Both the position numbers and the translations under genes were made by a program. Under the pieces are notes generated by a model that saw only the letters and a list, made by a program, of their open reading frames with translations, was not told the DNA's origin and did not search any database. Below, in pieces: positions 1 to 10,922 of a stretch of DNA of 64,000 bases. This stretch comes from Octopus bimaculoides (Eukaryota): NCBI RefSeq assembly GCF_001194135.2, contig NC_068991.1:6714664-6778663 (forward strand), read 5' to 3'. Position 1 is the stretch's first letter. The number at the start of each line of letters is the position of its first letter.

Positions 1-19
1 TGTATGTATGTATGTTTGT

Positions 20-205
20 ATGTCTGTTTTTGTCCCCACAACATCGCTTGACAACCGATGCTGGTGTGTTTACGTCCCCCGTCACTTAACGGTTCGGCAA
101 AAGAGACCGATAGAATAAGTACTAGACTTACAAACGAATAAGTCCTGGGGTCGACTTGCTCCAGCATGGCCACAGTCAAATGACTGAAACAAGCAAAAAG
201 GAGTA
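20..205 (+). mobile_element. SINE family B, 3' half, with small internal deletion
   Basis: catcgcttgacaaccgatgctggtgtg...gagaccgatagaataagtact...ccagcatggccacagtcaaatgactgaaacaag matches copies at 22134, 24455 and 50116. It lacks the cgactaaaggcggtgct segment. Confidence 0.9.
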
Positions 206-268
206 AACTAAGAAAACTGAGAAATAGCAAGATCTAGCCAGAGAGATTAAGAAAGTGTGCAAGACAAT

Positions 269-558
<290 letters not shown>

Positions 559-696
559 AGGTCATGAACTGCAGACAATATCTTTTCTGACTTAGCTGGG
601 GGGCAAAAAAAAAAATTACTAACATAGCATAAGCATTAGATGAGGCTGAGTGAATTGTCCATCGGAGTAATGAAAGGATGGTTCAGTTTATGCAAA

Positions 697-1166
697 GAGA
701 GAAGGAGAGAGAGAGAGATGGAGGAGAAGAAAGAAGGTAAGAGTAGAAAGAGGAGGGAAAGAGGTGGAGAGAAAGAAGAGGAGTGAAAGCGGAGGAGGAG
801 GAGGAAGGAAAGAGAAAGAGAGAAAGAAGAGGAGAAAGGTAAAAAGAGGTGGAGCGAAAGAGGAGAGAAAGGGGTGGAGAGAAAGAGGAGGAATGAAAGC
901 GGAGGAGGAGGAAGGAAAAAGGAGGTAGAAGGAAAGAGAAAGAGAGAAAGAAGAGGAGGAAGGTAAAAAGAGGTGGAGCGAAAGAAGAGAGAAAGAGGAG
1001 GAGGAGGAGAGAGGGGAAGTGGAAAGAGAGGAGGAGAGAGAGGATGAGAAGGGAAGAGAGATAGGAGGAGGAGGAGGAGGAGAGAGAGAGGAGAAGGAGG
1101 AAAAAGAAGAGAAGAGAGAGGAGGAGGCGGCAAAGAGAGGAAAAGGAAGAGGAGAGAAAGAGAGAT
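697..1166 (+). repeat. ~470-bp polypurine (GA-rich) tract with an internal ~115-130 bp duplication
   Basis: Almost only A/G. The unit tgaaagcggaggaggagg...aaggtaaaaagaggtggagcgaaag occurs at ~783 and ~894. Confidence 0.9.
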
Positions 1167-1347
1167 AATCTAACCAACGTGCGTGCAATCCGGTTTTAGT
1201 ATTTAGTCACGACCACTAACTCGACTGGTTCCTTCAAAACCTTTCATTAATACATTTTCTAATGAAACTCTTTGACTTCCAATTAATTTCGAAAATATCT
1301 TCTATTGTCTTTTACTTGTTTTCAGTATTCATGTTTTGAATTTGGCA

Positions 1348-1606
1348 CTTATTCTATCGCTAAGTTACGGGAACGTAAACAAACCAACACCAGTTGTCAA
1401 GCTATGGGAAGTGGGAACAAAAAAACACAGAAAGAAAGGCACACACACATATAATACAGGCTTCCACATAATTTCCGTCCACCAAATTTACTCACAAAAC
1501 ATCGGTCGACCCGCGGCTAGGATAGAAGACTCTTGCCTAAGGTGCCACGCAGCGGGACTGAACTCGAAGCCACACGTTTGCAAAAGGAGCTTTTTAACCT
1601 CACGGC
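1348..1606 (-). mobile_element. SINE family B (head, CORE-like region and middle), diverged
   Basis: Reverse complement contains gagttcagtcccgctgcgtggcaccttaggcaagagtcttcta. Confidence 0.85.
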
Positions 1607-2379
1607 CTATATTATGGGAGTGGGATGAGGGAATTAACCACAAAACAAACGAAGTCTGCTTATTAACCCATTGCCTGCCATGAGTCCCATTTGAGGGTTC
1701 ATGGCTGGTTGTTTATTGTATTTAAATAAACAACCAGATAAACCTAACTTCTTCCTAAATTCTAACATTGTCTTTGAGTGCTTGGTATTATTCTAAATTT
1801 ATTTATGGAATGTTATTAAATGAATAAATGCTACAAATGGAAATTAAGCATAACATATCAGAAAAATCACAGAAATTGGGAATAAAATGAGTAAATATTA
1901 AGCAACGACCAATAGAAAACCGCCAGGAGGGCGGTGTTTCTGCTAGTTTGAATAATGACATTTTAGCGTATATATATATTTATATATATGTCGCGTGAGT
2001 GTTATAAATTGGGTCATGTATGAAATATCAGTACTCTCGGTTTTATAACCAGCAATATCCGCAAATGGGGATTAACTTCATTAGTTTATCGATTAGATAT
2101 CACCGATACAACATATTAATTATACTAAGTTGGCAGAGAGAATTTGACATGTCTCACTTGCAAATGTCACTTTTATATTTCTTGGTAGAAATAATTATTT
2201 CTTTTAACCCTACAAAACCAAAAGTGCATAAAAATTGAACCCCACCCCCGAAGGAAATTAATAAATGTTAATTTCAGAAATATCTTATAAGCGAATCCCC
2301 AAACCCAGTCTTCGGTAATCTAGTAGTAATAATACTACTGCTGTCGAATGAATTCTAGTATTATCGTTTATTCACAAAG

Positions 2380-2418
<39 letters not shown>

Positions 2419-2439
2419 GCTGTTGAGTCGTCACGGTTT

Positions 2440-2591
2440 TATATATATAAAAATCACCATGTCGCGCACATATGGTTGTGACATACACATATCTGGTGTA
2501 CCCTTATCAGACGGGTAGTCATGATGGGTATATTGGGATTCGTATATTTTACCCGTGTTACTTTGATGGTATACACTGATTTCTCTCACTC

Positions 2592-2630
<39 letters not shown>
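2440..2630 (+). mobile_element. 3' end of an unclassified retroposon-like repeat ending in (AAT)n
   Basis: ggtgtacccttatcagacgggtagtcatgatgggtat... runs into an (AAT)n tail. Single copy in the window; recalled as a common octopus repeat. Confidence 0.35.
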
Positions 2631-2845
2631 CCTTTCTACTATAGGCACAAGGCCTGAAATATTGGGAGAAGCGGACAAGTCGATTACATCGACCCCAGTA
2701 CTCAACTGGTACTTAATTTATCGATCCTGAAAGGATGAAAGGTAAAGTGGACCTCGGCGGAATTTGAACTCAGAACGTAAAGACAGACGAAATACCGCTT
2801 AGCATTTTGCCCGACGTGCTAACGTTTCAGCCAGCTCGCCGCCTT
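2631..2845 (-). mobile_element. SINE family A, full length
   Basis: tRNA-like head (ggcgagctggc...gagttcaaattcc), core gaggtcCactttAcctttcatcctttc...gataaattaagtacc, tail ggccttgtgcctatagtagaaagg plus (ATT)n. Confidence 0.92.
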
Positions 2846-3080
2846 TAAACTATAACAATAATAGTAATTTCACAGATTGACAAACTGCCAATTCCACCAG
2901 ACGACTGATTCTTATTTATTTTAGTAAATAGTGAATTAGAAGAGGAATAAAAGGCGTAGTCTTGTTTTTATAACAATTGGTATCTTAGATGCATTATTGG
3001 ACGGAATGAAACGATTAGACGCGGCTGACTGGACATTGAACCTATTTCTAGAAGCTGATACGTTAATACTGAAGGTCTCT

Positions 3081-3243
3081 AAGGCGGTGAGCTGGCAGAA
3101 TCGTTAGCACGCCGGGCAAAATGCTTAGCGGTATTTCGTCTGTTTTTACGTTCTGAGTTTAAATTTCGTCGAGGTCGACTTTGCCTTTCATCCTTTCGGG
3201 GTCGATAAATTTCGGGCCTTGTGCCTAGAGTAGAAAAGATTAT
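3081..3243 (+). mobile_element. SINE family A with ~55-bp internal deletion
   Basis: Intact head and core. gataaatt is joined directly to tcgggccttgtgcc; aaatt occurs at both deletion ends in full-length copies. Confidence 0.92.
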
Positions 3244-3469
3244 ATGTATGTATGTATGTGTATGTACGTACGTAGTATATTCGTATGTATGTATATATGC
3301 ACGTATGTAAATATGTGTTTGTATGTAAGTGTATATGTATATATATGTTTCTTTGCATGTAAGTAAATGTATGTATATGAGTGTGTGTATGTGTATTATG
3401 TGTATTATGTGTGTATGTGTTGTGTGTGTGTGTGTGTGTGTGTTGTGTCTGATTACGTTTAAACCGATC

Positions 3470-3630
3470 AAAAACAAGACAGGTGTTGTCGTTTACGTCC
3501 CATGACATAGAGGTTCGATAAAAGAAGCACAGAGGTCGATATGATCGACTAAAAGATGCAAATGGCGCTGCTCCAGCATGGCCTCAACCAAAGCCGCAGT
3601 GTAATGACTGAAACTAGTAAAAGAATAAAC
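3470..3630 (+). mobile_element. SINE family B, 3' half, degenerate
   Basis: gtttacgtcccc...gctccagcatggcc...aatgactgaaactagtaaaagaataa. Confidence 0.8.
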
Positions 3631-4071
3631 GAATACAAGAGGTCTAGGCAGATTACAATATCTACCTTTGAGTATGTGTGGGAGTTGGTGCAGAGAGGTG
3701 AGGATGACAAAGAAGTTGTGGGGTAAAAAAGCCTACGAGAAAACAAAAAGTGGAACGTTCTTGAAGTGTTTGTGTACATATGTACAACCGACTCTTTCGG
3801 AGAGTACTCTGCCTTCTATGTGTGTATATTTATGTATAAACAAACAGAATATTTTTGTACAAAGCAGTATTGTGAAAAAGAACCGTTATCTTTCTAGACT
3901 AGATAAAATAGAAAGATAAAATAGAAAGATAAATAATGACGAATAGTAACCAAACAAATGTGTCTCTCCGTGTGTAGGAGTGTAGGAGTGTGTGTGTATG
4001 TAAATGTATGCGTATGTATATATGGCTGATAGTTAGCAAGGTGAGACACGCATAAGAAAGAAGGAAACAAA

Positions 4072-4116
4072 GGACCACTGATGAGGTCACAGAAGTGTGA
4101 CGAAAGAATTCTGGCC
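4072..4116 (+). ncRNA. Minimal type I hammerhead ribozyme candidate within a Penelope-like repeat end
   Basis: GGACCA-CUGAUGA-G-GUCAC-AGAAGU-GUGAC-GAAA-GAAU-UC/UGGCC. Core intact; stem II 5 bp; stem I pairs GG(A)CCA with UGGCC; 1-2 bp stem III; predicted cleavage after C4111. Confidence 0.7.
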
Positions 4117-4228
4117 GAAATAAGATTAAGATTAATGTAATATAAAACTGAAGCAAATTAACACCAAATATACAGTGCGTGTGTTTTTATTGGCTAAACT
4201 GGCAATATGACCATCCCCAAGTACAACA

Positions 4229-4259
<31 letters not shown>

Positions 4260-4657
4260 NNNNNNNNNNNNNNNNNNNNNNNNNNNNNNNNNNNNNNNNN
4301 NNNNNNNNNNNNNNNNNNNNNNNNNNNNNNNNNNNNNNNNNNNNNNNNNNNNNNNNNNNNNNNNNNNNNNNNNNNNNNNNNNNNNNNNNNNNNNNNNNNN
4401 NNNNNNNNNNNNNNNNNNNNNNNNNNNNNNNNNNNNNNNNNNNNNNNNNNNNNNNNNNNNNNNNNNNNNNNNNNNNNNNNNNNNNNNNNNNNNNNNNNNN
4501 NNNNNNNNNNNNNNNNNNNNNNNNNNNNNNNNNNNNNNNNNNNNNNNNNNNNNNNNNNNNNNNNNNNNNNNNNNNNNNNNNNNNNNNNNNNNNNNNNNNN
4601 NNNNNNNNNNNNNNNNNNNNNNNNNNNNNNNNNNNNNNNNNNNNNNNNNNNNNNNNN
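4260..4657. other. Assembly gap (first of 13 N-runs in the window)
   Basis: N-run between (TA)n and (CA)n. Others start at about 14066, 15312, 30221, 33495, 37958, 39641, 40895, 45655, 51614, 53936, 54812 and 62144. Confidence 0.99.
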
Positions 4658-4689
4658 ACACACACACACACACACACAGAGTAGCTTAC

Positions 4690-4721
4690 ACAGAGCGATC
4701 GAATCACTGATTTACAGTAAC
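4690..4721 (-). CDS. Candidate 32-nt internal exon, (x)YCKSVIRSLC
   Basis: Minus strand: long pyrimidine tract ttcctctttttctttaatctag|gttactg...gctctgt|gtaagc. One frame is open. No homology recognised. Confidence 0.3.
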
Positions 4722-5677
4722 CTAGATTAAAGAAAAAGAGGAAAAAAAAAACAGAACGAAAATTTATTTACGAAAAAAAGAATAAAACAACAATTTTCTT
4801 TCCAGTTTCTGGCAATGTAGGTCACATTAAATAGGAAAAACCACTGTTTGTCTGCTTTGAAATAATGCATTTGTTTCTAATTACACCCGCCCATGCTCTC
4901 ACTTTCTGGTGTGCATTATCATTTACGTGCCTTTAAACGCGCGCGTATGTGTGCGTGTATGTGTCTGTGTGTGCGTGTTTATGTGTGTGCATAAGGTTTC
5001 GCATAAAATTCTTAATATATTTACTATATTTGCAGAAAGATTTTATCAATACACACACAAACACACACATACATACACACACACACAGGCACAAACTTAA
5101 AGAAACAGAATGGCAAAATCCTTTTGGAACAGTTTTTAGATTGCGTGAGAGCGCTTGTGTGTGTGTATGTGTGTATGTATGTGTGTGGGTGTATCTGTGT
5201 GTGTGTGTGTGTGTGTACACACATACGCATGAATGAATCATGTATACACATATTTGCAATAATCTGTATGTACTTAACCAATATATATTTACTGCTTATT
5301 TAAAAACTTATAGCGCGATACTCTTTTCTAATACGAAACATTTAATTAAAAAAAAAATTGTAGAGAATAAAAGACGAAAACAAAAAAAGAATGAAAGAAA
5401 AAGAGAAGGATTTCGAGCAGTCAAAATATTGTGAGAGTTCATGAAAAGCCAACCAGCGAGAAAATATATTGGGATAAATTTTCCAAGTGAAAAATGAAAT
5501 AAACTTGTGCATGTTTAAGTAACTCTTTCAATTATAAAAAGCCTGTCTAAAATGCTGTAGAATTTTCCTTCTTTGGTCCAGAAAAGGTCACAAACATATC
5601 TAAAACAGCTAAAAATAAGGATCTTAATAGTACAGCCTCTGCTCGGTCGCTGAAACGGACACAAATATAAACTGGTA

Positions 5678-6002
5678 CACCCCGTCGGTTACGATGACGT
5701 GCGTTCCAATTGATCCGTTCAACGGAACGGCCTTCTCGTGAAATTAATTAGCAAGTAGCTGAACACACGACACACAGACACGTGTACCCACAACGTAGTT
5801 CTCAGAGAGATTCAGTGTGACACGGAATGTCACAAGGCTGGCCTTTGAATTACAGGTAGAATTCAGTTTTGCCAGTTGAGTGGAATGGAGCAACGTGAAA
5901 TAAAGCGTCTTGTTCAAAGACACCACACGCTCCCACGTATTTGAACTCACAACCTTTCGATCGTAAACCAAACAACGTAACCACTAAGCTACGCGCCTTC
6001 AC
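5678..6002 (-). mobile_element. SINE family C, full length
   Basis: Head gaaggcgcgtagcttagtggttacg...gagttcaaat, then CORE-like ttgaacaagacgctttatttcacgttgctcca, then tail cgtaaccgacgggg. A second copy lies at 26809. Confidence 0.88.
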
Positions 6003-6103
6003 TGATACAAATATAAAAAACTTAGCTGCAAACCACCATAATTCGTCTTCTTCCACACTTCTCTGAAATAACATGTAAAGTTCAAAAGCATTATTTCCAT
6101 GAG

Positions 6104-6220
6104 TTTCCGCCGAGGTCGACTTTGCCCTTCATCCTCTCGGAGTCGATAAAATACGTACCAGTTACGCACTGAGGTCCTCTCCCCCAAATTTCAGGCCTTG
6201 GGTCTATTGTAGAAAGAATT
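6104..6220 (+). mobile_element. SINE family A, 5'-truncated
   Basis: ccgccgaggtcgactttgcccttcatcctctcggagtcgataaaa...tttcaggccttgg. Confidence 0.85.
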
Positions 6221-6305
6221 GTTTCCATAGGTAGACTGTTAGATGAATCCTTATACTGAGAAGCAACAAGGTGCCAAATCAGATATGCAAATAAATGCCT
6301 CTTAG

Positions 6306-6492
6306 TCGTGGCTGTGAGGTTGTTAAGAAGCTCACTTTGTAACCACGTGGTTCCAGGTTCGATCTCACTGGGCAAGTGACTTGGCAAGTGACTTTTACTA
6401 TAGCTCCAGTTTGACCAAATGCCTTGTGACTGAATTTGTTGGGCGGAAACTATGTGGAAGAGCACTGTGTGTGTGTGTGTGTGTGTGTGTGA
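6306..6492 (+). mobile_element. SINE family B, 5' half
   Basis: gtggctgtgagg..ttaagaagc...ggttccaggttcgatc...gggcaagtgactt (12-bp tandem duplication), ending in (TG)n. Confidence 0.85.
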
Positions 6493-6949
6493 AGTGGGAA
6501 CTGATTTTTAACAAAGAAATGAAGACCCATTGCTGGAATTTAGATAACAGCGACAGTGAGCTTTAGAAGAGTCGTATACAATTTTATGGATATTGTATTA
6601 CAGATTAATATTCGCAAAGCGAGAAGTATTCATTTTATATGTCGGAAATCCCCAGCTTTTCGTGATTGTCGTTCAGATACTAACGAACTGAACCAAATTT
6701 CCTAATAATGAGGGTTATTAATGTAAATTATGAATACATGCATGCTTGTACACATGCATGTAAGCATGTATATATATATGTATTATAAATAAGAAGCAGC
6801 TCTATTTTACGAATTCTGAGTAACTCATCGAAAATAAAGCGGTTTTTCAGTTTATATTGTGATCCTTGTTCCAGTTGTTTAAAGTGATTTCACAAAAACT
6901 TCGTAAGATATCAGTCGTAAACTATCAAGCAGAATATCTCCATTTAATA

Positions 6950-7813
6950 TACGAGATGCATTCCAGAAGCTTTGAAACTACTTCAGCAGAGAGATTTTTT
7001 AATTTCAAAGAAGTACAAAACTCTATTCTCCTGGAACGTCTGACTTCAATGCACTTGTCTCAGCGCCCCATCCACTTCGTAAAAGCCTTTAGGGAGTCCT
7101 CCAAAGCGAAGGTGTCCAGGATCCTTGTCACAGCTTACTTCCATCTCCTCAGGCTTGGGGGACAACCAAACGTCACAGGGAGCAAGATCAGGACTGTAGG
7201 GAGGGTGAGGGACAATTTTGATGCCCATTTTTGTCAAATAGTTGGTTATCAATATGGAACTGTGAACTGGTGTATTGTCCTGGTGTTGGTTCTCTGGTCT
7301 TTTGCGACGAAATCGTTCCCTGAACTCTCTTAAATCCTCCACAAAGTACTCTTTGATGATTATCTGGCCAGAGGGAATCCAGTGGATGTAGATGACGCCC
7401 TTGCTGTCGAAAAAGGGGATTATCACGAGATTCCCAGTAGACTTACTTTGCCTAGTCGTGCCAGCGAAAAACAGATGCTCGGCTCATACAAGTAAATCCA
7501 TAAGTAGTCTGGGCCATTACCTAAGTTTCTGTAGCGTTTTTTGCCCAATTAATACAAAACTTTATTGCATAGCGAGCTTCCAAAGGGTCTTTTCGTCCGA
7601 CTACATTCTGAAAGACTAATCATCCGTCATAAGCGGTGTTTAGTAGGGCGTATTCAAAATGCTGTTACAGCCGTCTCCTTCAATCTGGAATAACAAAAGT
7701 TAGCAGGCCAGGTTATTACATGTATTGTAATGATATACCGAAATTACAGTAATATAGGACAGCTATAACTGCCTCTCCTAAAAAGTCTCAAAAATTCTGG
7801 AATGCACCTATTA
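6950..7813 (-). mobile_element. Internally deleted mariner (Tc1/mariner) DNA transposon with both TIRs
   Basis: Imperfect 30-bp TIRs at 6950-6979 (tacgagatgcattccagaagctttgaaact) and 7784-7813 (24/30 matches). TA flanks the left end; a transposase relic lies inside. Confidence 0.88.
7010..7606 (-). pseudogene. Mariner transposase pseudogene
   Basis: Frameshifted N-terminal HTH (AIK-FC...GKNATET, YG-TCMSRASVFRWH) is joined to IIPFFDSKGVIYIHWIPSGQ...HQDNTPVH...HPPYSPDLAPCD. The region holding the first catalytic D is missing. Confidence 0.92.
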
Positions 7814-8088
7814 ATCTTTTTGCGCACTTTATCAGAAAGTAGTCATGCGTATATAACAAAATATACTTAATCATGCATATACAAACAACATTGTAAACAC
7901 AATTATTTTCGAATTCAACCAGAAAATATATGGCACATTGATCTTAAGTGCAGACAAGACAAATGTCATAGCTCACAGCAAAAATCAAATAAAAATCCGA
8001 AAGAATTTCAAAGGGTTATTATTAAATAAAATATATATTACACAAAGACTGTGGATAATTTAGATTTCCTGATATATATTGTACTGTA

Positions 8089-8350
8089 AAGGCGCGTGGC
8101 TAAGTAGTTAGGGTGTCGCACCCACGATCTTGTGATCGTGGCTTCGATTCCCGATTGGACTGTGCGTCGTGTTCTTAAGAAAAACTCTTTATTTCACGTT
8201 GCTCCAGTTCAGTCAGCTGTTGATGAGTAATCCTGCGGTGAACTGGCCTCCCGTTGAGGGGTAATGTTGTGATCTCGGTCACTTAAATGCCATGGAAACC
8301 AGGTAACCGGCTTTATGAGTCCTCGGGCTCGAGACAGTACTAACTTTTTA
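8089..8350 (+). mobile_element. SINE family D (C-type head + V-domain-like motif + T-rich tail)
   Basis: Head and CORE-like part as in family C, then cctgcggtgaactggcctcccgttgagggg and tail ggaaaccaggtaaccggctttatgagtcctcgggctcgag. Confidence 0.8.
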
Positions 8351-9289
8351 TATACTGTATTAATTATAAGCCAGAGCATCCAATTTCTTGTGACAAAAAT
8401 AATTCCAACTCTAAAAGTAGCACGCATAACCAGTCTCTAAGTTACACTGTAATTCATAAAGCAGGATCAAATAAAATTGATACTCGGTTGATCGATCTGA
8501 CAGGATGACTTACACACGAATGACCAATGAAGTATATCGATTTATTTGCCCAGTCGACAATTGACCACGTTATATCCTACATCGGCAAGAACTCGACCAA
8601 TCTCATCAAACAGCAAATAATATTTCTTCTCTAGAATGGATCACTAAACATGCTTCCTGTTTAAAATATGTTAAAATTTTAGACAGGGTGACACAAGGAA
8701 GTAAACACAAAGATATCATGTTCGAAACCACAGACAGACAACACAGTAAAGTAGGTTGATAAAAATGTATCTGTTGACCCTATCTACAAAACTGAAGGTA
8801 TTTGTTGAAGGCCTCTCCTGGTAAGAACAATAAAAAACATGTCTTATATTTCAAAATATATACAGAACAACGGCAATCGTTAAAATGTCAAGTACTAAAA
8901 ACTAACTTTAGAACATTATGTTTTACTCAAACCACTCTGCAAAATTACTATGCCTCAAGAAATGAAAGTAAACCGTTTGTTTAACGAATAGACCTATGCA
9001 CACCGAAAGCAGGTCATCCAAGAAACTAAAATCAATAAAATAAGATATTTGTATAGTTTTCTCGGTATTGTATGTCATTGACAATAATTGACGGTTTTCA
9101 AAAGGAAAATTCTTTTGAGAAAATATTTAGAGCAACTAAGAAAGAATATTTTTCATTATCTTTCAACAGACTAAACTTTGAATAATTCCATCAAATATTT
9201 TTCGGTATTGCACTCTACGACGCCGAGAGACATACACGCTAAAAATGCATTTATGATTAGTGTTTCGCTTCTCAGATTTGAAGTGGTTT

Positions 9290-9545
9290 TCGCTGCCGTG
9301 AATGTTACTAAAGACTCACCATCGTGCGACAAATTAGGTGTACTTTACCAATCAGCTAATGTTGGCTCGGCAATCGTTACTACATCCAGTAGGCGGGGAA
9401 TTGCGCAATTAGGGCCATTGCCCTATTTGATTGATAGAGTCGCGGTGTCAGCCTATCACAACGCGAGGCCAACTAAAAGCCAAGAAGAATGGTCAGTGCA
9501 AGGATTGTTAAAAAGCGTTTCTGTAACCGTTTTTCTGTGGGTGAG
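9290..9545. promoter_or_regulatory. Promoter-like CpG-retaining patch
   Basis: CCAAT at 9348-9352, GC-box-like aggcgggg at 9391-9398, palindrome attgcgcaat at 9400-9409. Donor-like sites point outward on both strands (ATG|gtgagt minus at 9322-9314; gg|gtgagg plus at 9541). Confidence 0.3.
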
Positions 9546-10724
9546 GTTTTGGGATTTAATCTAGAAATCATAGACATGTCAACAAAAACGAAGAAGAATG
9601 ATTGGTGAAGGGATTGTCAATAAAATCCTCTCTAACTGTTTCTCTAGAATTTAATCTACAGATCACAGAAATGGCAAATAATTTTATTTAGATTTTCTGA
9701 TAAAACACGTGATGAAAGTTCACTGACAGCCCACTCGAATGTCAACTTATTTAACTATAATTTCTCCACTGTATTTCTGTCTCACTATGTAAAGTCCAGT
9801 ACATTCGTCATAATAAACAAAAGCAATCAGTAGGTACATTTCTGGCTGTTATGATTGTTTGTCTTGTATACATAAACCTATTCATCTGACTAAAACAATG
9901 AGATTTTGAAGTGAAAGATAAATACGATGCCAGCTAAAATAACACTGTGACATTTCAATAGTTAAAGTCGAATCGTTTCCTAGACAACGTTTCTCTTATC
10001 GCAGCAGACAGAAAATTGTTTTAGACTTTACTCAATAAGGTTTGTAATTGTAGTTATGTAAAGATTATCAAAATAAATACAACTGATGGACTCAACTCCA
10101 CGATTTTAGTAATGATTTGATTTTGCTCTTAAAATCCACGAAGCTCTGACGTTCTTCCAAACAACATGTGAAAGAGATTCTTTGATTCAAATATTCTATG
10201 TGTGTTTGTTTTGTGCAATAAATGCTACCATTGATATAAGACCAACCTTAAATTTTCCATAGACTATATTGTACGTGATATTTATAAACTGGTTGACTGA
10301 CTGGTAAGTAGGCAGCGTTGCACTGTGGGTACCGAAACATTATAGGTAAACTTGAACATCATTATTAGAAGAATGACAGCATACCAGGTTTATAAATAGT
10401 GCAGAATTTTGAAATAGGTTTAAAATAGACGGTTAACCGGTTCGAAAACAAAATCTACTATATTACTAAAATAACAAACCAGCAATTTGCCTTATGTTGG
10501 CTAGATGTTGCTTTCTCCGTCGTTAAAATGTAGCGGTGTTAGGCTGCCATCTCTACTTCCTCCATATTTTGGTCACCCATATCTCACTATGTCGGGCTAC
10601 ATGCTGACTTTATGCTCGACTTTATGTGCCAGCGTATAAAACTACTGGTAATACAAAACAAAGTGGGCCGCGAAAACACTAACTCGGCTGTTGACAAAAG
10701 TGCAACTTTACATATGAAAATATA

Positions 10725-10922
10725 ATTCTCTTTACTATAAATATAAAGTCTGAAAATTTATAGGGAGTAGTTAATCGATTACGTCAACCCTAGTCCTTTA
10801 CTAGTACTTATTTTATCGATCCCGAATGGAGAAAAGATAAAGTCGACTACGGTGGTATTGAAACTCAAAGCGGGAAGCATTTTGTACGGCGTGCTAACGG
10901 TTCTACAAGCTTGGCGCCATTA
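10725..10922 (-). mobile_element. SINE family A, degenerate
   Basis: tacttattttatcgatcccgaa...aaagtcgactacggtgg...cggcgtgctaacggttctac. Confidence 0.8.

Noticed and set aside
1918-1940. aaaccgcc-aggag-ggcggtgttt hairpin; possible CTCF site or terminator
   Set aside because: It does not fit the CTCF consensus spacing, and intrinsic terminators are irrelevant in this eukaryotic context.
4132-4730. Long ORFs containing X runs (also near 14-15, 30, 38-41, 45-46, 54-55 and 62 kb)
   Set aside because: They are open only because N-gaps and dinucleotide repeats contain no stop codons.
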